From NCBI GenBank assembly GCA_049724395.1, contig JAUGWO010000004.1, positions 1 to 61,263 of the forward strand: DNA of 61,263 nucleotides. The letters are read 5' to 3'. Made by a program: the position numbers and the translations under genes. The DNA comes from Spongospora subterranea f. sp. subterranea. Its lineage: Eukaryota. Numbering within the stretch: position 1 is the first letter of the stretch; each line of letters begins with the position of its first letter. The notes below the pieces were generated by a model, which made no database searches, was not told the DNA's origin, and saw nothing but the letters and a program-made list of their open reading frames with translations. Shown piece by piece: positions 51,687 through 61,263 of this stretch.

Positions 51687-54600
51687 TGTTGAAATTACTG
51701 TTGAGTCGTCGAGTTGCGGGCATGACAGTGATGATGTCGATCGGTGACGGGGAGGACTTTCCAGCCACTGGTTTACAGTGACCAGTCGCCGGGTCAACGA
51801 CTGGGACCAATCTGAGCAATCTGCTGAATAAACTTCACTTCCCAATTGATCAACTCTTATACAGTAGTCTCGTTTATCAGAAGACCCGTAGTTGATGGAC
51901 GACCACGATCTCAAGCAATCGGAACTGCAACCAACTTCTCAGGTTATGTGCCCAGTTCAGAGGCTTGCGTTGGCCTTCACCGGGCAGAAATTAAATGGAG
52001 AAAACTGGACTGCGTTTAAGTTCGCGTCCGAAACTCATTCAAGGAAGGCAACAGCTCCATGACGTTCGGACGAGTGACACGGGCGCAAGCAAGGTTGATA
52101 TTGATATGGCCTGTTTGATTTCAGTGCAAGCACTAGAGCCCAATCAGTACGAACATGTTTATCAACCGCATGCGCAGCGTGGTCGGCTTTAGTGGGCTTC
52201 TACGCGTCGAAGAATGCTTAAAACGTCCTGCTATCGACACAAGAGTTCCGACAGACAAAGATATCGGAGAGTGGATCGCTATTTGCACACTTTTCAAAAA
52301 TGTCTTAACTGTCCAGACGCCTCGGCAATGCAAGCGGAGCGAGCGTCAGCGACATCGACTTGCATGATTACTTCGACCGTTGTCCTGTACTTGACAACAT
52401 GCATTATCGAGAAGCACATGGTCGTCATGACGAGGCGTCTGGACATCGACTTCATGACGACCGTGTGCTTCTCGATAATGCACAGTACAGGACAAGGGTC
52501 GAAGTAATCATGCAAGAATCAGTGTTAGCAAAAACAGAATTGATCAACCGCCTGTTGACGGCAGAACATAGATTGAATCTCTGTTCCATCCCGGAACCTC
52601 AAACAGTTTTTGATGCAGAAGAAAGGAAGCGCGAGAAACCGAAGAGGAAATGCAAGTGTTATAATTGCAGGAAGGCAGGGCATTGGGGACGAGATTCTGG
52701 GTTACCCAAGAAGAATCAGAGAGCGAGTGTTGCTTCAGAAGTGATGTTCATGGCTAGTCACAAGGAGGACGACCAGGACGTGCCTGGCTGATAGACAGTG
52801 GTGCGTCCTCGCACATGATTCACCAACTAGATTCCCTGATGGACTACGAGATACTGGTGCCGGTACGACTTGTTTGGGCGATGGCAGACGATTAGAGGCG
52901 ACACAGATTGGCTGCGTAAAATTGGGAATAGGATGCAGACTCAATCATGTCCTGTATGTACCTGGACTGAAACAAAACTTGTTCTCAGTTGGAGCGGCAA
53001 CCAAGCGTAAAGGGAGATACCTGTCAAATCTCTGTCGATGTCAAGCTGGTCATCAACTAACAACGGAGTAACGGCGTATACAGATTCGAAACACTTCATT
53101 CGGAGAAGGTGTATCAAGCGCAAACTGACGTACGAGACGCATTCGAATAGCACAGGAGGTGCGGTCACGTCAATATGGAAACTCTTCGGAAGATGAGCGT
53201 GAAAGGCATAATCCCACAATTTTCCACGAATAGCCAAGTTGTGGACAAGTGCACAGTATGCGCGAAAGGAAAAATGGCGAGATTGCCAATACCGAAGTCC
53301 TCAACAACTAAGACAAAGGAGCTACCTAGGCGAATTGGTGCAAAGTGATCTGTGTGGACCAATGAGCAATAAGGTCACTGTAGGGTAACTGGTATTTTGC
53401 CGCTTACATCGACGACTATACGAACTGGGTTCATATCGCTTTTGTGGCCAAGAATCTGAACAGCTTGAAGAATTTCAATCGTTTCGTGCGCTTATGAAGA
53501 AACAGTGGGGGCGAACATCAAATGTCTACGCAGCGACGGAGGTGGCGAGTACGCAAGCAACGAATGCCAAGGTTTTCTGAAGAGAAAGGGACCTTGTGGC
53601 AACGTACCGCACCAAGGACTCCTCAACAAAACGGCAAGGCAGAGAGGATGAACAGAACGATCGTGGAGAAGGCGCGATGCCTGTTGTTTGACTCTGGACT
53701 ACCGACTTCGTATTGGGATTACGCGGTCCGGTTGGCGGCCTACGTCAGGAATAGGACAATAACGTGAACGAGAAGCCACCGTATGAACTCATTCACAAGA
53801 GGCTACCAAGTCTTGCAAGTGAGCCACTGTTCGGATCTCAAAATTCTGGTCTAATAGGTTCCTTCATTGGCTACCCAAGCTACTTGTAGCGGCCAGGCGG
53901 AAGTAGGGAAAATTCCTGGTACAGTAGTACACAGGATTACCCGACCCGTAAGAACCCGCGTACCTTTGTATACCATACCATACCTGTTCGGATCTCTAAG
54001 GTTCATGTTCCAGATTCACATCGAAGCAAGTCCGACAGCAAATCAAGACAATGCAAATTCTTTGGGATTTGCGGATGGTGCTAAGGCGTATGTGTTTGAA
54101 GACTTGAAGACGTCGAGAGAATTTATATTAAGGGGCGCAAAATTGAAGGAGACTCGCACAACACCAGTCGAAATGTTAGCGGATGACGACGAGGAAGAGG
54201 AATTCCTGCCCGCAAGTGCAGACAAAGGCCAACTATTCAAGAACGCGAATTCGAGCATGAAGGTGCAAGACAGCAGCGGCGAAGCCGCCCTCATCGAGAA
54301 GAAGAAGCTGGAACTAAGAACGAGCAAGCGAATCACCTGGAAGCCGGCACTGTACATGAACGAGTATGCCGGCTGTGCCTTGACAATTAAAAAAAATCCA
54401 GCAACACCAACTATGGCGTTGAACGATAAAAGATGGAAGAGAGCAATGGAAATGGAGTGCGATTCATTGAGCAAGAATAAGACTTGGGAAATTGTTCCGC
54501 GACCAAAGGGAAGAAATGTGGTCAGCGGCAAATGGGTGTTTAAGGCGAAAACCGATGCTGCAGGAAACGTGATCAGATGCAAGGCCCGCTACGTGGCCCG

Positions 54601-55638
54601 AGGAGTTAGCCAAAAGCCAGCGAACACGCCATCTATTATCACAACGACAAGTCTAAGTGACTCAATCGGCAAAGTAAAGTTTCCTTATTCAGCTGCTGTT
54701 GGATCCCTGATGTACCTGATGCTGGGAACAAGACCAGATATTGCAGAAGCGGTGGGAGCAGTCAGACGACACACGAGCAATCCGAGTGAGCAAGATGTAG
54801 TGGCACTCAAGAGAGGTTTACGATATGTCGCAGGTACTACGTCGATGGGGATCAAGTACGACGGTAAGATATCAAGCAGTAATCTTCTTGGGTTCGCCGA
54901 CGCCGATTATGCCGGCAGCGAGGTGAATCGAAAGTCGACATCGGGAGTTATTTTTATGATGAACGGTGGTCCGATAAGTTGGACAAGCAGATTGCAACGG
55001 TGTGTGTCCCTGTCAACAACTGAAGCTGAATACGTGGCGTTATGCTCAGCAGCACAAGAGGCGTCATGGCTTCGCGGTCTGCTTAAGGATACGGGATTCG
55101 AACAGGATGCGCCAACGATCATCTATGAGGATAATCAGGCGGCAATCGCGCTCGCAAACACATTCCAGACTAAGCGCAGGTCGAAACACATAGAGGTCCG
55201 CTATCATTATACCAGGGATCAGATCGTGAAAGGAGTGATTCAGCTGCGATATTGCAAGTCTGACGACATGACGGCCGATATACTGACTAAGCCACCTGGT
55301 CCAGTAATTTTTAACAGGCTCCGCAAAAGTTTCATCGCCCGTACGCTCGGGTGGGAGTGTTGAAATTACCGTTGAGTCGTCGAGCTGCGGGCATGACAGT
55401 GATCATGTCGCTCGGCGGAGCTTGGCGACGGGGAGGACTGTCCTGCCGGACTTTCCAGCCACTGTCTTACAGTGACCAATTGATGGATCAACGATGGGGA
55501 AAGGGGCAAGTGCAATCTGGCAATCATCCCTGAATAAACTTCACTTCTTAAATTGATCAAACTCTTCTCATATAGTTCAGAAGACCCGCGTTGATGGCCG
55601 ACCACGACCTCAAGCAAACGGAACTGCCACCTTCTTCA
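51687..55638 (+). mobile_element. Ty1/Copia LTR retrotransposon, degenerate
   Basis: LTRs 51687-51941 and 55358-55638 (TGTTG...CA); PBS GGTTATGTGCCCAG (copia half-tRNA-iMet type); PPT GGGTGGGAG; Zn knuckle CYNCRKAGH; protease IDSGASSHM; integrase TPQQNGKAERMNRT; RT KWVFK.K...KARYVARG; RNase H ADADYAG...STTEAEY...KHIEVRYH. Confidence 0.95.
53840..53983 (+). mobile_element. Short insertion with 13-bp TSD and (TACCA)n tail; probable 5'-truncated LINE or SINE
   Basis: CTGTTCGGATCTC at 53827-53839 and 53984-53996; the insert ends ...TATACCATACCATAC. Confidence 0.65.
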
Positions 55639-55688
55639 CGGGGAAGACCAAGCAAAGTGTGCAATTCTTCTTTGACCCAAGAGGCAAA

Positions 55689-56036
55689 CGTTAGGAGGAA
55701 CCAGATCCGTTGAAATAAACCGAAGTGTATTAATACAGACTATGCAAGGAGTTGACAAGAATGACCAGGCAGAGGTCATTCTTGTCGGAAAACTGCGGCG
55801 GACCTGCGGCGAAGCCGCGAATGTTAGGAATATATGGGAGTGTTCCTAACTCCTTAAGCCAGGGCCCGGCTTGGACGGGTAATCCACATGAAACCGACGA
55901 ATCGTTTCCTTTTAAGGCCGGTGTGGAACCAAGGTTACGTGCGGGCTCCCACGATCCTGGTCATTCTTGTCGGAAAACTGCGATGGAACTGATGCGAAGC
56001 CGCGAATGTTAGGAATATATGGGAGTGTTCCTAACA
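55689..56036. mobile_element. Solo LTR, 348 bp
   Basis: Ends (C)GTTAGGA...TCCTAACA; 5-bp TSD GCAAA (55684-55688 and 56037-56041); removing it rejoins the transposase frame ICGASFA-SWVKEE. Confidence 0.8.
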
Positions 56037-57029
56037 GCAAAGCTTGCACCGCAGATTCTCTCGGGCGGTTGCGATCGGAGCCATACTCGGCATTGTCGAG
56101 CAATATCTTCATCATAAATGAACGATTTAGATTTTACATGACACCCCTGCTGATGTGAAGGCAATTGCCCGGTTTTAAGAAAAAAGTCTGCCCATTTTCT
56201 GATCTTCCTCGCCTGATGGTCGGTGTTCTGCTTTGGAAAATGCTCGGCAACAACAGTTCTTGATATGGAAATCCTACTGTTGCAATTTTCAAGTAGATGA
56301 AAATACTTTTCGATTGCAAGATAACGAATAAAATCGTACTTTGAAACGGCATTCATCTGTTTTTCGTATTGCACATTACAGCGAAACTTGGTCAAGTTTT
56401 CCAGTAGTTTCAAAGCATCTTCAATGGACATGCTCGGCGTCGCAGCTGTAGAAGTGTTGATGTCAGGCTCATCAACTGGGAAAGCACTTGACGTGTCAAG
56501 ACTGCTGTGTTTGGAAGCAAAAAAATCTGTGATCTTTTTGCTGCCTTCAGAAGAATGAAGTAATGCAAGTTTCTGTTTCCTCTTGCGCCATTCAGTCGTT
56601 CTGCTTGACCCAGAGTAAACGGACCGTAGATGAGTTCCTGCTCCAGGTCTCCATGTGAGAAAAACGAAGACGGAACCGTCGACAGGTGGTCATCTCTGAC
56701 ATCGTGTTCTTCCATACTGAAATAATACAGCTCTTCGCTCACATCGTCCAGAAGAATCTCAGACTGCTTACTCCGCTTCGCCTCTCTGGCCAAGGCCAGA
56801 CGCTTCCATTGCGAATTTTTCGGTGCCATCGCAAAGGTACAGTAATCCCGAACAAGAAGAATTGCGCCTCGGGAGACTTCGCAACTTAATTTGCGCAAAG
56901 CAAAAGTGCGCACGCAATTATCAAAATGCGCACGCATTTTTATCAAATTTGATTTTCCACCATAGATGTTTCAAAACTTCGGGTCGCCTCATAATTTAAA
57001 AGTCTATCACGGGCTTCAGTTTAAAGAAA

Positions 57030-57212
57030 AGTGTCACCTAGGGTTTGTAACTGCGTGGCCTCGTGGTTCCTCGACTTTTGGAATCAGACATGACGTCACT
57101 TTGAATTTTGTGCGCAGTGGGTAAAGATACAATATCACCAGTGGAAAAAATCTAGTAAATTTGCCAGTAAACTTATTATTCGCTTACGGAGTTGTAAACC
57201 CTAGGTGACACT
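57030..57212. mobile_element. MITE-like element, about 183 bp
   Basis: Terminal inverted repeats AGTGTCACCTAGGGTTT / AAACCCTAGGTGACACT; no TSD identified. Confidence 0.6.
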
Positions 57213-58209
57213 AAATACGGTTAACGGTAAGGTGCCGTACAGTCACGGAATTGTCGGTTTACCGTAGATGACATTATTATCCATCCACATTTAGGTCCGT
57301 AAATGGATGCTAATAATGTCACGGCATATATATCGCGTAATTTACAAAATACCCCAAATCTAGATCTTTATGGGAGCAGTGAATTCACTGGCTTGATTCA
57401 CTGGCCGCACTTTTTCAAGCCAGTGAATTCAATATCTTGGTATGAGCAGTGAATTCGCTGGCTTGATTCACTGGCTTGACGCATTTATCTGAGCCAGTGA
57501 ATCAAGCCAGTGAATTCACTGCTCATACCAAGATATTGAAATCACTGGCTTACTTCGCTGGCCAGATTAACCTATCGGATCAATCGGGACCTTCGCAAGC
57601 TCAAGAAGAGAATTTGAGGATCTGCGTTGGAGAAATTATTTCATTTATTCCTTCAGCATCACAAGCAGGCCGTTAGTGACATTAGAACGTCGTTGAACGT
57701 ACACAGTTTATGGTATGGTTACCGGTCGTTGAACGTACACAGTTTATGGTTACCGGTACACCCTTTCTAGGACAAAAACTCTCCTTTGTTCATCATTAAA
57801 AATGTCATCCTATTTCGATCGGCCTGGTTAGTTGAATTGGGTTCTTTGCTTCCCATCATACTGATCAATGCAGGGAACAAAGAATCGAAAAGTGTGTTAA
57901 TTCCTCTTTATGACTTTCAGTAATTGGTGTTGTCAAAATGTTTTCTGCGATCAGTTCTGAGCAAAATAAGTTGGGTGCTTGCAATATCTCAACTTGTACA
58001 CACGGCTATAGGTGTTGCTCAAACATTGCCGGTGTGTGGCCAAACTGCCGGACAGATCATGTTTTTTTATCGAAATACTACAAGGCTTAATGACATCGGA
58101 AATAGAATGTAATCTGATTTAACGCAGCTCGCATATATGCGTATGACTAAGGCCTTCCTGAAAAGCGCTTATGATCAAAGATAGCAGACAAAGACACAAG
58201 AAATAATTT

Positions 58210-58700
58210 TCAGTTTATCTCCGGATTTTTGACGTAGAAAACGAAAAAAGAAAGTTGTTTACGCCCATTGGTGATCGGCGAGATAAGTACAGGCCTTCCG
58301 CCATTATCAAGATCATTATAATGAAACCAGCCCGGTATGGGCACATCAGCTCGTAGTATATGAGAGTAAAAGTGCATACCGGTACGTTGTGTGGCGCTAA
58401 TGCGCCCTACTTGCGTCCATTTGCAGCCACCAACATTCAGAATCAAATTACAGTCAATTTCCGCAGACATCAAATCTTGCGGTAATTCGACGAACATGAT
58501 TTTGTCCGGTATCTTCACCACAAACCGAGCATCTTTTAGCAACACCTATAGCCATGTGCATAAGTTGAGAGATTGCAGGCACCCATTTTGTTTATACTTG
58601 ATCGCAGCCTGGATCATAACATCTTCTGTCTGTCTCCTCGTACGCACCGTCGTTCATCAATACATCCAAGACCGCCTGTAAGGATGATTCGGCTGCCTGT
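58210..58700 (-). pseudogene. C-terminal half of a ubiquitin-specific protease (peptidase C19)-like domain
   Basis: SLQAVLDVL...RCYDPGCD [intron] ...IPDKIMFVELP...GMHFYSHI...WFHYND...FFVFY resembles the USP Zn motif, P..L..L box and His/Asp box. Confidence 0.6.
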
Positions 58701-59289
58701 TCGACCATCCACTCAGTGATGTACTGAAAATATCGATGCGGTCAAGGAAAACAATATGGAGAATTAATCAGTGCTGCATACCAGGATTGGCCACATTGTC
58801 AAAGCAGTTCTCAAGCTTGGTTGAACGTGATTGTTCCAGCAAATCATTTTACGCTATATCAGCCATGACTTAGTTACGATCAACGTATAATGCCTACGAT
58901 TCAAACCTGAAAATGGAATGACCACAAAGCCTGCATATCTTGTGGACATTCCAGCAAAATCTGGTTGAGCACAGTAAACTGCTTTGATCAATGTGGCCAA
59001 TCCTTGGATGCAGCACTGATTAATTCTCCATACTTGATTTCCTATATAAAGGTTATTTATATGGAAAAAACTGAGTAAATGTTATCGTAAATATCGCTAC
59101 CAGGAGGATTAGGCCTGACCATTTCGATCAGCAACTACTGACGAACCCTCGACCAGGGAAGAAAGCACATTTACGATAACATTTACTCAGTTTTTTCCAT
59201 ATAAATAACCTTTATATAGGAAATCAAGTGTTGCTTAGATTGCCATCCCCTCATCATAAGACGAACCGACTCTGCGTTGGTTCCTGGAG

Positions 59290-59947
59290 TAGGGACTAAC
59301 AATTGCTGTGCGGTCCTTCTTGGAGCTGCCATGACAATGTCCTTAGCGCCACACAACGTACCGGTGCAAAACGCCTGCTTCCCGTAGTGGTCGGGTTTCT
59401 TGACGTGAGGTATTTTATGTTCATGATTCCCATCATGAATTATGATACAGCGATCTTTCACGAAGTGTTGCACCCACATAATGGCGCATTCACAAGGATG
59501 ATGTCGCATTTCCATCGAACAAACAGGGCACCTACAGCAGGACATTGAGATGAGGTCTCATAGCAGATGTAATCACACTTACATGCCAGTTACCCTTGTC
59601 GGGTAGTTCTGGTTTGGCCGCATGCGAACCGCACAATCACCATTGGTACACAATAACACCCCACAGCACCTCTTGTAGGTTACCGAAATTCCTTTCGGGT
59701 TTTCCCCAACAGGAATATAATTCGATCGAGTACAACGCCATTGCCAGTGGCTGAACCGGGACATTAGGTTGGGTTTGACAGACATTGACTCAAACCGGTA
59801 ACAACAGTTGCCATTGATAGCAAACGGAATCTTAATCAGCATCGGGTAGATGCTGATCTGCATCAGGTGGAAAGAATTCGAACTGCTTGATGTTGAACTC
59901 GTGAATATCCCACACCTTTCGACTTTTTTGTTCCCCGCATTGAGCAC
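59290..59947 (-). pseudogene. GCM-like zinc DNA-binding domain (N-terminus of the element protein), spliced
   Basis: FSHWQWRCTRSN...YKRCCGVLLCTNGDC..RMRP...R/CPVC...HPCEC...HDGNHEHKIP follows the GCM pattern W.MR...K.CLGV..C...C...RP...CP.C...PC...G.H.HP.P. Confidence 0.75.
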
Positions 59948-60605
59948 GAAAATACAATTATGATGGGAAGCAAAGAACCCAATTCAACTAAACAGGCCGA
60001 TCGAAATAGTACATAGTACAGTTGCACTGGATGTGCATCTTGTGCATATTGAGGTCGCCGGTAATATCCAATGATGAACAAAGGAGGGTTTTTGTCCTAG
60101 AAAGGGTGTACCGGTAACCATAAACTGTGTACGTTCAACGACCGGTAACCATACCATAAACTGTGTACGTTCAACGACGTTCTAATGTCACTAACGGCCT
60201 GCTTGTGATGCTGAAGGAATAAATGAAATAATTTCTCCAACGCAGATCCTCAAATTCTCTTCTTGAGCTTGCGAAGGTCCCGATTGATCCGATAGGTTAA
60301 TCTGGCCAGCGAAGTAAGCCAGTGATTTCAATATCTTGGTATGAGCAGTGAATTCACTGGCTTGATTCACTGGCTCAGATAAATGCGTCAAGCCAGTGAA
60401 TCAAGCCAGCGAATTCACTGCTCATACCAAGATATTGAATTCACTGGCTTGAAAAAGTGCGGCCAGTGAATCAAGCCAGTGAATTCAACGTACCCGATCT
60501 TTATTGCTAAAGTACCCCAAAAACGCAGTTTTAAAAAATACTGTCACGCACTATGGTTGTTAATTCGAGGATCCCCCAATCCAGCTCGCCAATCATTTGC
60601 CTACC

Positions 60606-61263
60606 ATGAGCGAACCGTTGCAATGTTCCTTTGAGAGCATGCCCGCTTTCAGACAGGCATTTACTACGCTGTGCTTGAGGATGAACTGCGACTATGTTAT
60701 CCATACCAGTGAACCGTCGAAGTTCATTGCTATGTGACGTTCTGTGGCGGGGCTCTCAGCTCAAGAACGGATCCGACAGGATAAATGCCAATTTCGAGTC
60801 ACTTGTTATCGACATAAGGATGGGAACGTGAAACCAAAACAGTTAAACCTATACCATGCGCCGTTTTGTAAAGATTCGCTGCTGAAATCTACAACGACTA
60901 AAGCTTTGGCAGAAATTATCAAACCGCACAAAGGAATCTCTTTCGGTGTTTAACCCGAAAGATCTGCAGAACATAGTCAAAGGACAGTTTGGAGCAACGG
61001 TTCCGTATTTCACGGCGTGGAAATCTTTAGACAATCTAAAGGCACAAAGTGAAATGCTTAACGACGAGTCAAAAAAAATTGAAGATTATTTGCGGCGATT
61101 TGCACTCAAAAATCCAGGCACCCATTACGCTGTTGAGCGCCGTGATGATGACAGTATTTATCGTGCGTTTCTTTGTTTTGGATATGCTTCTGAAGCAGTT
61201 GACGTGTGTTTTCCTGTCATTGTTAATGATGCTTGTCACATGAAAAGCAAATACGGTGGTATG
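60606..61263 (+). mobile_element. MuDR/Mutator transposase relic, runs off the window end
   Basis: FESMPAFRQA...CQFRVTC...NLYH...PKDLQNIVKGQFG..VPYFTAWK...LKNPG...RAFLCF...DACHMKSKYGG; stops and frameshifts. Confidence 0.88.

Larger units (their letters stand above)
51113..56950 (-). mobile_element. Tc1/IS630-like transposon relic interrupted by a Copia element and a solo LTR
   Basis: 5' part MAPKNSQWKRL...ARKIRKWADFFLKTGQLPSHQQGCHVK...ICGASFA/SWVKEELH (55640-56830); 3' part PDFAEQKTWL...FYPKFPCESNYIEMYWG...RYMDAY (51361-51686). The two halves could come from different copies. Confidence 0.75.
57372..60495 (-). mobile_element. Mutator-like element with GCM-type and USP-like domains (non-autonomous, rearranged)
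   Basis: 9-bp TSD GATCTTTAT (57363-57371 and 60496-60504); GGG...CCC ends; near-identical inverted arms 57380-57798 and 60070-60487. Confidence 0.9.

Noticed and set aside
57476..57676. Identical 66-aa ORFs at 57476+ and 60191-
   Set aside because: By-product of the TIR duplication; no coding features.
1..60495. All inverted repeats as whole-genome-amplification chimeras
   Set aside because: Not favoured: the arms carry substitutions and indels, some retain sequence missing from the sense copy, and they are confined to repeats. Not formally excluded without raw reads.

Overview
Eukaryotic genomic DNA from a compact, intron-rich protist-like genome with short (about 45-70 nt) GT-AG introns. 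A SAR or plasmodiophorid-like organism is my guess, not something the sequence proves. Islands of housekeeping genes (NOMO, proteasome alpha-6, an LRR transmembrane protein, trehalose-6-P synthase, WDR37-like, PDH E1-alpha, MBF1, an RGS-domain GPCR kinase, WW-less Pin1, LSm7, TFIIF-beta) alternate with transposon-rich blocks (DD39D mariner, LINE, pogo, piggyBac, Tc1/IS630-like, Copia, solo LTR, Mutator). Three things stand out. (1) An apparently intact, spliced, about 701-aa tyrosine recombinase gene (21416-23754) with no RT lies between about 290-bp inverted repeats ending TGT...ACA with no TSD; two of its introns look born from tandem duplication. (2) A Mutator-type element (57372-60495; 9-bp TSD, about 420-bp TIRs) encodes a GCM-type DNA-binding domain and a USP/C19 deubiquitinase-like domain. 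(3) Most transposon relics, but none of the host genes I inspected, carry hairpins or patchworks of antisense fragments of their own sequence, resembling Mu-killer-type silencing loci. A few housekeeping genes have 1-2 nt frameshifts that are probably assembly errors. All calls were made by eye, with no database searches.
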